Assembly (NCBI GenBank): GCA_030390025.1 | Contig: CM059432.1 | Span: forward strand, 130,882,001-130,946,000 | From: Squalus acanthias | Taxonomy: Eukaryota | Direction: 5' to 3' | Length of the DNA stretch: 64,000 bases | Part shown: in pieces, positions 1 through 12,160 of the stretch | Numbering within the stretch: the first letter of the stretch is position 1 | Layout: each line of letters starts with the position of its first letter | Translations under genes and position numbers: made by a program | Notes under the pieces: model-generated | What the model saw: only the letters and a program-made list of their open reading frames with translations | What the model was told of the DNA's origin: nothing | Database searches by the model: none

Positions 1-1489
1 AACTCCCAAAAAGTAGAACAAAGTTACATAATTTGATTAGGTTAACCACAGTGGCTAGAACTGAGGGCTTGGTGAAATCCAAAAACACTTGCTTTGCATT
101 TGCACTGGGAACCGTGCCATTAGACAGCTCAACCCAAATCTGTTGTGCATTGCTTCCTCCATGTCCTTTAATTTAAACTATTTTCTAATTCCATAGACAA
201 TGTGATGACACATGTTTGTAGACTATTTTTGTCCTTTTTAAAAATTCAAATTTCCTGTAATGGGATGCCTACCATTAAATGAATGCATTATCTTTTAACT
301 GGAGACTTGGGAGATTGTACAAGTATGTTTCTGCTCCCTACTCGCCTCCCTGAGGTGGTGTTCCATCTAATAGACCTGATAACATCTCGCTAAACTCACC
401 AATGATCGCAATTGTAGTTGAGTGATCGCTGGCCCTGAGACTCAAAATTGCTGTGCTAAGACAAGCACTAAAACCACTTGAGCTCCTGGGCTGCAGCCAT
501 TTTATTTATTTCTCTTTTTAGAGTGAGAAGGTTGTTTTGTTTTTATCTGCAAGGAAAATAAGACCTTGAGTGCGTTCAAAATAATATACAATATACACTT
601 ATATTTAATAGCCCGTGGTTTAAAAATATGGTTGTGTCATCAATTGAAAACATAAGCCCAGTTTTTCAAAGTTAATTTTTAAATGCAAAATATCCATTTC
701 TTGAATATATGTGGGAAGAAAACACCTTTTTGTATTTTGATATGCGCACATGGAAAATGCAACAACGGCAATATACAAGTTATTACTAAACATTCAGATT
801 AAGTTCTAATTTCAACTAACAATTACTATACTTACTGTCATGATGGTTAAGTGCACATTTAGAATCAACTATTACCAAGAAAAATATAGTGTGAGAGAAA
901 CATAAGATGTGATCCAAACTTGACAGATAGCCAAACTGTCAGTGTGTAACTGGAACAGATCTCACTGCTATGAAATGGCAATGAGAAGTGACAATTAATG
1001 TCATGAAAATGTATCCTGATAAATGTCATTCAGTGGTTGTGTAATCATATTTTGTGTGCTATAAAACATATGTGATGTCTTCATATCTAATTGATTCTTA
1101 TGGGTCACAAGGTCACACGCAGTGAATTGTACAGAAAAAGATGATGTATACATGTGCATGCGTGGGAGTCTGTTGTCCTGAGGGGAAGAAGTCCATCTGT
1201 GGCTTCGTCTTCTTTTGAAAGCTTGACTTGAGGCACAGAGAGGAGAATTTTATTTAGAAAATACATTTTAGAAGGGCATAATACGGTTGATTTATTGAAC
1301 ATTATTGAACAGTCTGAAGGAAAGGATACAGCACACTAAAGTAATGAATAAAAACAGTTCACTTGGTAATATCATGGTACTAGTACTTCAAATGTAAAGT
1401 GTACATTTATGCATGGTGTAAACAAGCAAACATGTTTCCTCTACAAATAACAAAAGAACTACACAAAATTAAATGAAGCATGCCAAAAT

Positions 1490-1905
1490 AGGGTACGGTA
1501 GCACAGTGGTTATGTTACTGGACTAGTAATCCAGAGACTTCGACTAATAATCCACTTGGGAATGTGAGTTCAATCCCAGCATGGCAGTTTGAAAATTTGA
1601 ATTCAGTTTACAAAATCTGGAAATAAAAAGCTGGCATCAGTAAAAGTGACCTTGAAGCTGTCAGATTGTCATAAAAACCCAACTAGTTCACTAATCTCCT
1701 ATAGGGAAGGAAACCTGCCGCCCTTATCTGGTTTGGCTTACATGTGACTCCAGTCCCACATCGATGTGGTTGACTTTTAACTGTTCTCTGAAGTGGCCTA
1801 GCAAGCCAGTCAGTTGTATCAAACCTCTTTCTGGGCAACGAGAGATGGGCAATAAATGCTGGCCTTGCCAGTGACACCCACATCCCAAGAATGAATTTTT
1901 AAAAC
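1490..1905 (+). mobile_element. tRNA-derived SINE with LINE-B 3' tail
   Basis: A-box-like TAGCACAGTGG and B-box-like GAGTTCAATCC; the last ~70 nt match the LINE-B 3' ends at 41504 and 50875. Confidence 0.8.
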
Positions 1906-2129
1906 ATGAACAAGCTTTCCATGCAGAGACGAGAGGTGGATAGTAAACAGTTAGCTATATTTTTTAGCTATCATTTTCTCCCTCCCACTGGACAAACAAT
2001 ATGGTTTTACCAGGAGGTAGAAATTGCAAAAGTATAGAACCATTTTTAAAGGTGGTTCTGTACTATAAATAAATTAAGTGTTAGAGCAGTGCTGAGGAAA
2101 CAGTTCTGATCTAGCTGCACAATGGATGT

Positions 2130-2390
2130 ATCACAGCCCATTTTGTCTCATCTTTCCAGAATATTAACAGTACCATCACAGCCTCTAGTTGTTTCTTAAA
2201 TGAATTCAGTGTTCTGGGCCTAACCACTTTTCCTGGCAACACATTCCAGTCGTTGACCACCCACTATGAAAAGAAATACTTCCTGACCTCTGTCCTAAAT
2301 TTGCTCTTTACAATCCTGAATCTGAATGCTGTTGTCCTGCTACCCTGGCATATCTGAAAGTATTGTTTTAAGTTTACTTTAGATATTATA
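2130..2390 (-). mobile_element. Degenerate CR1 LINE ORF2 C-terminal fragment
   Basis: Reverse strand reads RTEVRKYFF..VVNDWNVLP, the CR1 C-terminal motif. Confidence 0.65.
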
Positions 2391-2614
2391 TTACAATAGT
2401 CGGTTGGCTTAGGTTCTCTATTTGATAAATGCTTAATTACCAGTATGTTTTTTTTATCCCTTCTGGGATGTCCAGTTCTCTTTTTATTCCTATTGATCCT
2501 TTTGTATTTTTCCTACTGTTGATGTATGGATGTTGTGTATATTTAAAAAATTATTTTCAATAAACTTTATCATGAATTTCTACGTTCAATTCCTGTCACA
2601 ATGCAAAAAAAATA

Positions 2615-2975
2615 TAAATGCATTGGAGAGGAAGCAGAAAAGAGCAACAAAACTGATTTGAAGTGTAAAGGGGGATCAGTTATGAGGAAAGGTTAAAGAA
2701 GGCCAAGTTATACAATATACAGTAAGATCACATTATTACTTAAAATTAAGACAATAATGTGGCATCAGGAGACTGAAAGTTAAGTTAGTGAAAAGTAGAT
2801 TTAAAGCAAGAACTTTACTCTGTGATAAATGTCTGAAATAGTCTGCTAGGGGGGATAGTAGAGACAAAAGCATTGGGGTCCTTTAAAATGCAGCTTAATG
2901 CCACAATTGGAAAATTAGATTTCTAGAACGACGAGCTTCAATGGGCTGAGTGTCCTTTACGGGTCCATGCCTTTT
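2615..2975 (+). mobile_element. Degenerate CR1 LINE 3' fragment
   Basis: ALERKQKRATKLI / YEERLK motifs and a CR1-like tail (atgggctgagtgtcct). Confidence 0.6.
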
Positions 2976-3742
2976 CTTAATTATTTTCATAAAAAGGAAA
3001 CCCTCAACTACTGAATTATTTATTTTTACTTCTGTACGCAGGAGTCTATGCATGCACGCTTAAGAAACCTCATTTTCTGGGATTGTGTTTACAAGCTTCT
3101 GGCTACTGTACCATTGCTCCCAGAATTCCCTTACTAGCAGGCTGTTGAAGTGTGGGCAGGGAAAACCCCTGATCGAAATGGCAGCAGCAGCAGCTAAGAG
3201 CATTGTATTAAAATGATGACCATCAGCAAGCTGAACCAATCTCCGAGATACACAGACAAAAATAGAATTATGTAGATGTCTGGCTTCTGTGCAGAATTAA
3301 GGCAGCTGAGTAAGTATTGGGATTCCAACAGTGAACTGTGTAGATGCTGTGGTACAAGGTACACATGGTGGATAGTGAGGTCTGACTGGGAAGAAACTTA
3401 AGAGACCAAAAGCTTGAATTGCGAAAATCAGAGAAAGACAGAGAAGGGTGCGCTAAAGGCACTATATAAATGTAAATTATTGCTGTTACCATCTGTTCTC
3501 CACTTGGTATCTTCTCACAGCAGCATGTTTGAGATTGGAAATCATGTTGTGGAAACTCACAGGTACAATCTCCTGTTCTACCACTGCACAACACAATACA
3601 ACACACTGCATTGCCATCCAGATATTTTCTCCCAAAATGTTGGCAGGTATCCACATAGATAAAATAGATCAGTGAACTGGAGTACAGCAATCGAACCAAT
3701 GGCTTCATACACTGCAGGTGGATCATCTCAACCCTAAGTTTA

Positions 3743-3869
3743 GGTTGTGGTCATCGACCTGAAACTTTTACTGTTTCTCTCTCCACAGATGCTGCCTGAC
3801 CGGCTGAGTGTTTTCCATTATTTTCTGATTTCATTTCAGATTTCCAGCTTCCGCAGGATTTTGCTTTTG
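3743..3869 (+). mobile_element. Short Penelope-like 3' fragment with 10-bp TSD
   Basis: Matches the terminus of the GIY-YIG element at 5337-5470; flanked by CCTAAGTTTA at 3733-3742 and 3870-3879. Confidence 0.8.
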
Positions 3870-3949
3870 CCTAAGTTTACATTCACTGAGGCAAGCCAAC
3901 TATCGTGTACAATAGTACACGGACATTCTTTTACTTTCCTCAAGAATTT

Positions 3950-4228
3950 ACCCCCTTATTCTGAGACTGTAACCCCTAGTTCTAGACACCCCAACCAGGG
4001 GAAACATCCTCCCAGCATCTACCCTGTCAAGCCCCTTAAGAATTTTATACGTTTCAATTAAATCACCTCTGATTCTTCTAAACTCTAGGGAATATAGACC
4101 TAGTCTCCTCAATCTCTCCTCTTCGGACACTCCCCCCACGCCAGGAATCAGTCTGGTGGACCTTCATTGCGCTCCCTCCAAGGCAAGTATATCCTTCCTT
4201 GGGTAAGGAGACCAAAACTGTACACAGT
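3950..4228 (-). mobile_element. CR1 LINE ORF2 fragment
   Basis: EERLRRLGLYSLEFRRIRGDLIETYKILKGLDRVDAGRMFP, near-identical to the CR1 at 22.8-23.8 kb. Confidence 0.9.
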
Positions 4229-4234
4229 GCCTAC

Positions 4235-4350
4235 TGCCACCTGAACTGAAATAAAGTAACTCAGTACAGACCAGGGACTGAACTTGGGACTTTCTGGTCT
4301 GTTTGGCTCAGCTGCTCACAGGATGAACTTACTGAGCCATCCAGTGAGCC
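4235..4350 (-). mobile_element. Old tRNA-headed SINE family (head fragment)
   Basis: Reverse strand begins ctggatggctcagt...cccaagttcagtccctggtctg; related copies at ~8380, 8700, 26230, 38650, 46440, 47530, 52690, 54460 and 60030. Confidence 0.55.
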
Positions 4351-5336
4351 TCAAAAGAATTTTCTTTATAATTATTTTTAATAATTAGTGTTTATTTGAA
4401 GATATGAATATAGGACCTGAAGAGATATGTCAATTTCATCGGACTCATAGGTATAATGAATCTGTGATGTAGAGCTTGCAGTATTGCATTTTAAATGATG
4501 AACTACATTAGAAAAACTCACTGTTTTGAACAGAATATATGTAAAACTGACATTTCCAATAATTTTCCATTCAACAGTACCTACTGATACTTCACGTCCT
4601 CTTATCAAATTCAATGATCAGGTCTTTTGTCATAAAAATATACATCCAAATCTGAGAAAATAGACTTGATTATATCCTTTATCTCATGTCAATACTTTAA
4701 TTTTCAAACAGCATTGGGAACCTTTCTCATAAAACAGACGGCATCAATTGATTTTCCCCCCAAAGAATATACATAAAAACATTCACACACAATAATGGAT
4801 ATTCAAATAAGCAATAATGAAGCCTCTAAATGAATTTGAGGCATTAATGTAATCGTGTGGTATCAGATGAGATTCGTAAACCAGTTGTGAGCTTTACACT
4901 GCAGTATTTGCTGTCATCTGAACCCCTCCATTGGATTATTGCCTTTTAATTCATTTAGAGGCAACCATTACAGGCTGTGGAAGACTGACGTGTTGTAATA
5001 GAATTAAATAAAACCGGAACAATACTTTCCCATTTACAATATATAAACTCTGCTATTTTATTAACCTCGGTTTCATATTACAGTGTCTCATTTCATTGCC
5101 CTGTAAGTGTAGATAATACCAGTATGTAGCAGGGGGAGCTGTCGGGTTACCCACCAATGGACAGCTTGCTTTCCTCTTATCCCTTCTCGTGAGCAATTAT
5201 TTGACTGTTCTTGTTTTGCTTTGCTTTCCACCACAGGGCATCTGGCACTCTTTCAATGCACATAAATTTAAAAAGTCCACCACCAACAATCAAGATTAAA
5301 TATATAAAAATAAAATGCATACAAGGAGTAGTTGAG

Positions 5337-6012
5337 GCAAAAAGCAAAATACTGCGGATGCTGGAAATCTGAAATAAAAACAGAAAATACTGGAAATACT
5401 CAGCAGGTCAGGCAGCATCTATGTAGAGATTAACAGAATTTCAGGTCGAAGACCTTTTGTCAGAACTGGAAAAAGTTAGAGATGTCACAGATTTTAAGCA
5501 AGTGCAGGGGCAGGGAAAGGGGGAGTGGAGGGAAGAACAAAAGGGAAGGGCTGTGATAGGGTGGAAGGCAGGAGTGATTAAATGACAAAAGGTATGATTG
5601 TACAAAGCAAAAGGAGATGGTAATGGGACAAGTAAAGAAACAAAAGATGAGTCTAGAAGTGGTGTAAATGGGAATGGCAGAATCATCAGCAGCTGCCATG
5701 TGAAAAAACAGGGGCAGAGGTTATGGTCTGAAATTATTGAACTCGATGTTGAGTCCAGAAGCTGTAAAGCGCCTAATCAAAAGATGAGGTGCTGTTTCTC
5801 GAGCTTACGTTGAGCTTCGTTGGAACAGTGTAAGAGGCCAAGGACAGAGAGGTCAGAGTGGGAGTGGAGTGGAGAATTAAAGTGGCAAGCGACCGGAAGC
5901 TCGGGGTCACGCTTACGGACTGAACGGAGGTGTTCTGCAAAGCGGTCACCCAATCTGCGTTTGGTCTCCCCAATGTAGAGGAGACCGCATCGCGAGCAGC
6001 GAATACAGTATA
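5337..6012 (-). mobile_element. Penelope-like retroelement 3' part with GIY-YIG endonuclease remnant
   Basis: IYCIRCSRCGLLYIGETKRRLGDRFAEHLRSV...PVACHFN...EKQHLIF is the PLE GIY-YIG with its Cys/His motif; premature TGA at 5777 (probably CGA>TGA); followed by 3' UTR and a degenerate hammerhead at ~5435-5468. Confidence 0.9.
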
Positions 6013-6021
6013 TACTAAATT

Positions 6022-6175
6022 GCAAGATGGGGGAAGCTAGATAAGCGCATGAGGGAGAAAGGAATAGAAGGATTTCCTGATGAAGTGAAACGAAATAGGG
6101 TGGGAGGAGACTCGTGTGGCGCATAAACCCCGGCATGGGCCGAATGGCCTGTTTCTGTACTGTAATTTCCATGTA
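6022..6175 (+). mobile_element. CR1 3' terminal fragment
   Basis: KLDKRMREKGIEGF motif and tail gggccgaatggcctgtttctgt. Confidence 0.75.
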
Positions 6176-6269
6176 GTTCAATGTAAATAAATTTCCCCCG
6201 TTCAACATTTGATAATGCGAAGCGTTCGATTCGCTGGTAAATACAGTCGGAGGTCCAGCAGTCCTGCCC

Positions 6270-6920
6270 ATTAAAGAGAGCGGGCGAATGGCGACGGCGG
6301 CGCGCACAACCTCCACCTGTACCGCCGCCTCCTCCCCTCCCCGCGCGCGCGCCAGAGCTCGCGCGGCGCCAACTTGCGTCCCGATTCCCCGCATTCTATT
6401 TTTAACGGTTTTCTCTCTCGCGCGCACCAGACAGCAGCCCAGGACCGCGCGTCACAAAAACAACGAACGCGGCGCCGGCGGGCGGTTGTTGTGTGACGTC
6501 AGCTCAGCTCTCGCGCCAGCCGCTTTCATGAAGCAGCCGAGGGGGGGAGCGCGCGGCTTGTCGATGGCGAGAGCGCGCCACGGTCGCGGTCGAGCAGAGC
6601 TAAGGGGCGTTTAATCAGCCGAGCCAAGAGTTGCTCGGGTTGGTTGTGCCTTTTTTTATTTGGATGAGGAGGAGGAGGGGGGGCTTTCTTTTACTCCTCC
6701 CCGTTGGTTTTTTTTTTGTCATTCCGTGCTCCGAACTGCTGCAGAAAGCAGAGCAATCTGTTTCCCCTCCCCGGTGTGTGTTTTTCTTTGCAACCTGCCG
6801 CATCATGTCGACATGATCCGTGTAGAGGACAATGGATATTGTCGGCATTGCGAAAAGAGCAGCGGGTCTCTCACTCTTTGGGGATAAGCGTTGACCGCAG
6901 GGAATAAGAGTGCGTTTTTT
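6270..6920 (+). promoter_or_regulatory. CpG-island promoter and start of 5'UTR of MTSS1
   Basis: Sharp GC/CpG enrichment with GCGCGC runs directly upstream of exon 1; full CRE palindrome TGACGTCA at 6494-6501; the TSS cannot be determined. Confidence 0.8.
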
Positions 6921-7162
6921 TTGCAATCATCCAACAAACCCCTTAGTAGCATTGATTTCCCCCCCCGCCCCCTACCACCACCCCCTCCTTATTCCAGATA
7001 GGAAGCTTTCATTGTAATCGGGAGAACGAACGCAACTGTTCGGTGGGTTTAGGGATTGTGTTCGAAGGTTTCCCACTCCCTCTCTTTGAAGAGACTGTGT
7101 GAAGGTATTTTATCCTCTCGTTTGTGGAGACCAGCTGTTTTTTTTGTAACGTTATTAGGAAA

Positions 7163-7234
7163 ATGGAGGCTGTTATAGAGAAGGAATGCAGTGCGCTCGG
7201 TGGACTGTTTCAGACCATCATCGGCGACATGAAG
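7163..7234 (+). CDS. MTSS1: MTSS1 (MIM, I-BAR/IMD protein) coding exon 1
   Basis: ATG at 7163 in context aaaATGG gives MEAVIEKECSALGGLFQTIIGDMK, the recognisable MTSS1 N-terminus; 72 nt, phase-0 donor AAG|gttggt at 7235. Confidence 0.96.
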
Positions 7235-7633
7235 GTTGGTGACCTTTTAAAAATTAATTATCCTACTGATCATTGCACAGAATAAATTAAGCCAAAAGTA
7301 GCGTTTGCATTTATTGTAGAAACAGTTTTTTTTCCATAGAAGGGGGTCGTGGCACTGCCCAGAATATACTGAAAGTTGATTGTAGAGCACTGGGCTGTTG
7401 TGATGGAGACAGCGGCTTGTCCTTTTCTTTTACAGGTTTCCTAGGAAATAAATACATTGATTAAATAAATACTAAATTGAACAGATGTTCTGGATGCAAA
7501 TATTTTTCAACATTAACCGTTTTGAAGACGATAATATTAGCCAGTTTGGAAACTGCACCTGTCAGTTTCTAATATATATGCCAATGGTTTTCTTTGCTGC
7601 AATTTGATTTTTGCACGTTACATATATATATAT

Positions 7634-7685
7634 AATAAGCGATTCGTGAACCGCATATATATATGCGGTTCACGAATCGCTTATT
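7634..7685. repeat. Perfect 52-bp palindrome
   Basis: AATAAGCGATTCGTGAACCGCATATA|TATATGCGGTTCACGAATCGCTTATT, no mismatch and no spacer. Confidence 0.97.
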
Positions 7686-8379
7686 TTTCTTGACATGTAG
7701 GGACAAGTGTGTTCAAATCCATGCTAGGAGCTGTTCGATTTGCAACGAGCAAGCATATAAAATACAATCCTGCAAATGAATCCCACTTGAAGTGATAGAG
7801 TTGAAGGGCTGTGAAATTGTTTCTGCCGAATTGACTGGCAAATTTTTATTTTATGTTCAATATTCGGAAGTCTAGTACTTAGACTTGAATAAAGTAGATA
7901 TTTTATAGAAATGAACAGTAGCTTTTGCACCTTTTCGGTTAACCTCTTGTAGCCCCTAAATAAAAGCTTGTTTCAGCTTTAAATGGCTTTATGCAGTTTT
8001 GTTGTCTAAATGATTTTAAGCAGACACTAGATCTTTATAATATTGTATGTTTTGTTGAAATCTGCTTATCAAATGTATGCATTTTTCTAAAATCCAGTTC
8101 AACAACTTGCCTTTCTATAATGCTCCTCTCAGCAGGAAGTCTTGGATCTTGTACATGATTTAAGCTGTTTTAATTTTTATGTATTACTACATTTTCACCC
8201 GAGTCTGTGTACTTTTATAATTTTCCTGCTGACATTGAGTATGCTGGTGTCCCTCTAAAAGGATGATGTAGTCAGTTCCCATCAAACTGTGCCATTAATC
8301 ACTGAGTTTATACAGACTTTATTGTGAATCAGTTCATCTGGGATCTTCCTGAAGAGAGGTGCATTTTTGGCATAAAACC

Positions 8380-9065
8380 TTGGTGGGATGCTGGCTGATT
8401 TTCCCCTCCCTAACCTAGGAGTGCCAAGGCCAGTTGTATCACCCCTACTTCCACCCTGGCTAAGATCAGCTAACAGCACAGAGTGGGAATTGAATCTGGA
8501 ACCATGTCTGTATGGCACAGCTACATGGTGTCTTTAGCATTTGAGCCATTGGGACGTTTTGCTACGTTAAATGTGCTCTGTAAATGTAGGCTGTTGTATT
8601 TGAAGAACTAGTAACTCTTTAATGTAAAGCAAATTCCCAAGTACACTTTTTGTTAAAAATGTAAGTTTATTTTTGCTAATTTTCCATCTGTCTCCTCACT
8701 TTAAGGTGTTTACTCCTGCTGGGGTACAGATCCACAATTTTGGATGCCCTTTGGCACTCACCCAACTGTCCATTCTATATGTGTCAGTCTCGATATTAAG
8801 TGGCAACTGTCTATTTCACCAAGTGAGGCATTGCAACTGACCCAAATTCTGTCGTCTTCTGACATCCATGTGCACACACTTTCCAGGAGGAGTCACTGGA
8901 GAGAAATCAGAAGTGGGAGCCTTGATGGATTTCACTCCCTCTTGCTCAGGGATGTTGAGGCTAATGGTAGCGCCTCTATTATCTCACCTTCACCCCCCCC
9001 CCCCCCACTGAGATCACTTAACTTTGTACAATCTGGAAATTGAATCTGGAGCCATCTGATCACTA
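8380..9065 (-). mobile_element. Two degenerate copies of the old tRNA-headed SINE
   Basis: Shared motif ...ctgagatcagctaac...gggaattgaatctgg... at ~8455-8500 and ~9008-9050. Confidence 0.55.
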
Positions 9066-11384
9066 TTCTGTCAATTTTAATTCGGTACAATTTGAGTTGA
9101 CATGGGTACTGTTCTGTGAAGCCTCCCTTGGTTGGCAAGGTGCTGCTCTTGGTTTTATGAAACACTGAAGACAAAGAGATGGAAAGGTCTGAGGAATCGA
9201 ATCTATTTGTACTGCCACGGCACTTTCTCGTGGGTAGATCAGGAATGGCACCAGTAGATGTGTGATTGCAGATTGTCATGGAGCATCAACATGCAATTCC
9301 ATGAAGTCGCACAGTGCACGTTTATGCTCCTGTCACCCACAGATTTAGTTCCATATCCCATCAGTGCTGCCACATATATGTTGTCCCTTGAATTGGAATG
9401 GATGAATTTTATTCACTTCCTTGGCTATGCTTAACGGACTTTCTAGCAGTTAGTTTAGAGTGATAGAGATGGAATCTTGGAGCAGTTGGTGCCCTGGGTT
9501 AGACTGAGCAACATGGGGATGGGAAGATTCTATTGCTAGTGATGCTCTAGTGTTCCTTCTGAAATATTTAATTTGCAGCTAATACACAAGAACATTGAAT
9601 TACATAAACAGATCTTTCTGTGAAGTTCCATTTTTTTTTTCTGCTATTGGTCTCCAGATCGTATACCAGGAGATAAGGCAGCCTACTTGTTTCCAAGCTG
9701 CCTCTAATACCACTCTTGAACCACCGGATAGGAGGTATGAGTCATCTGAGATTTGAGAGCAGTGCAGTCAGGTTGATTAATTTTACACCCCCTCCAACTA
9801 ACCAAATTCCAAGATCAGAAGCTTATTTGTGTTGCAAATCACAAGCTAGAATCTGCATCCTGATCCTCACCAGTAAGTGTTGCACTTTGGAATCCTGCAC
9901 AAAGTTGGTTTATTTAGATTTAGGATGCAGTTATGCTGTCATTTTTGCTTTGATGCAAAGTGGTTGTGGATACATATCCGCACAAAAATGGCTGTGACTC
10001 AGGAGGCTGAAGAGCATAATAAAGCTAAAGCTGAAGCTGCCTCCAGTAACATGTCTGACGCTGGTTTGAGTTTGCAGAGAGTGGTGCATCACTCCAGCCT
10101 TAATCTGCATTAGCTGCTGAATAAAATTAAAGTACATCTGCGCATGGGTGGTCTGGTGACATGGTACATTGTTCTCTGCAGTTACTGAGTGGCAGGTGGA
10201 TTCACATATGTGAGATCCTAAACTTATCAGGAAGTGCTGAGTGGATATTGGATGACTGCACAGCCGGGAGGCGAAATCCGAAGGCAAGAGGACCACCACT
10301 TTATGTACTTTCTAGTGACTAGCTGTCTGCTCTCTTGTGCGGCAGGTAGCTCTCAGAAACTTAGAAGAGAAAATCTCAAGTGGGATTTGGGGAAGCGAGA
10401 GATGAAGGCGCACACACTGCCAGGTGCAGCCTGTTTTGGATTTGGTTTAATTTTGAAGCCTGACCTTTCATCTGTGTTCTGAAGTGAAATTGACTTTTAA
10501 ATTTAAGTATGGTGCAAAACCAACCCAGATTAAAGGCACATATCCATCACTGCAATTGTGTGTCATGCTGTATTTGTTGTAAGTTGACTGTGAAGGACTG
10601 TCATTCTCTGACCAGTAAATAAGGAGACCAGTGACCTCTAAAGTTGACCTGACTCTAATTGGATTCCATTTGCAAAATAAACTTTTGAGTTGATTGCAGT
10701 TCTTACAAGCTAAACAGAAGTCTCACTTCAGAATTATGGAAAAAGTTGTAATAATACAAAAATAGGGCTCTAGCTTCAAACTATGCATTGCTTTTGATTT
10801 GTGGCTTCTTCAATTTTCATTACCTTTCCTGGAGTTTTTTCTTATTCAGTGAATAATACTTAAAAAAAAACTGCAGCTTTCTGCACAACTAATGTTTCTT
10901 TATGCTGCTGTGGGTAAATCAATAAAAGAATTAATCAGCTACCGTCGGATGCGAAATGTACTGATTTTTTAAAAGTAGTTTGTAAAGTTGCAACATTAAC
11001 ATTTTGCTAACTGTAGCAACTAACTGACTCATTCTTTGTTCAATCGATGGCACAATATTGGAGGGTAGTATTTTTTTGATGCTTCCAGAAGTTTTGCTTA
11101 AATATATTCCAATCTAATGTGAGGAAGTGGTGAAGATTTAAAGGAGGTTGTAGAATTATATCGACTTAAGATGTCTTTTGCTGGTTCTACAGCTGTAACT
11201 TTGAGAAGTATTCATGCATGCATTTCCAACATTTCTTTTGACGTTCTAAATCATAGTAATTCTCATGTTTTGGGAGAACTTTTTCCCCAACTTAAGCCAA
11301 GATAGTAAAAATTCCTTCACTTAGTGGAGTACTGTTTTACGTGGCCCATGTACTTAATTTTCTGCCATTTTAATTCAAATGCAA

Positions 11385-11570
11385 TCAACACTAAAAGTTT
11401 CACTTGGGATTTGGATAAAAGCTTGGAGGAAAAAATGGCAGGGATATGGGGAAAGAGCGAGGGAGTAGGACTAACTGGATTGCTCTTCGAAGGAGCTGGC
11501 ACAGACTCGATGGGCCGAATGGCCGCCTCCTATGCTGTACTATTCTATGGTTTTCTACGATTCCATGAAA
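11385..11570 (+). mobile_element. CR1 3' terminal fragment
   Basis: gatgggccgaatggcc stem-loop followed by degenerate TTCTATGA tail repeats. Confidence 0.75.
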
Positions 11571-12160
11571 TATATTCCAATCTAATTCAGATCAATTTGT
11601 TTGATGTTGCATCTATTCTTATGTACAGGTCACTAAACCAAGAGAAAGACTGCCTTTGACAGGCAGCATGCATATTTTCTCTTAGTGGGACTGAATTTGT
11701 TGTAGAAGTTGTTGAAAATAACTTGCAAAATAGGGACAGAGAGGAGTTGAATGGCTTCTGTCAGGCTTGTGAGGAATTCTAGGTGCAAGGCTCAATTCAG
11801 TAAGTCCGCAACAGACCAACATGCTGTGTCACCACACCTCCTAATTCGTGTGTTTTAAATCCAACTTTGATTGTTATTTGAAGACCCTGTGGCTTTTTTG
11901 GATGTGTTCTACCATTTCAGAAAGAGACTGTTAGACTGAGCACAGTGGGTTGGTGAAAATTGTTGTATCTGGAGATGAGAAATTGCCAAGAGTCTGGTTG
12001 CATTGAAGGGTCTCTAATTGACAGACTTGTGACTCATATACTGCTTTGATCCACCCTGATGGTGGGAGATCCTACGCTAAAAGCCGAGAATAAAGCTCTA
12101 GAAAAGAGCAGCAAATCTAAACACCCTGTGTTTGTCTTCAAGTGTGATAACCTATTTACT

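Noticed and set aside
1105-1320. Minus-strand ORF preceded by an acceptor-like tttccttcag
   Set aside because: No recognisable protein and no partner exons; a lncRNA exon cannot be excluded
5435-5468. Functional hammerhead in the long PLE copy
   Set aside because: Core mutated (CTGACAA) and the cleavage-site segment is deleted
5777-6427. 216-aa ORF as a novel GIY-YIG gene
   Set aside because: Chance fusion of CpG-island antisense sequence, an antisense CR1 tail and a PLE remnant that ends at a premature stop; non-ATG start
6288-6614. 108-aa Ala/Arg-rich ORF
   Set aside because: Typical stop-poor CpG-island frame with no recognisable domain
9259-9315. Possible pre-miRNA hairpin
   Set aside because: Only short interrupted stems; no recognisable mature miRNA
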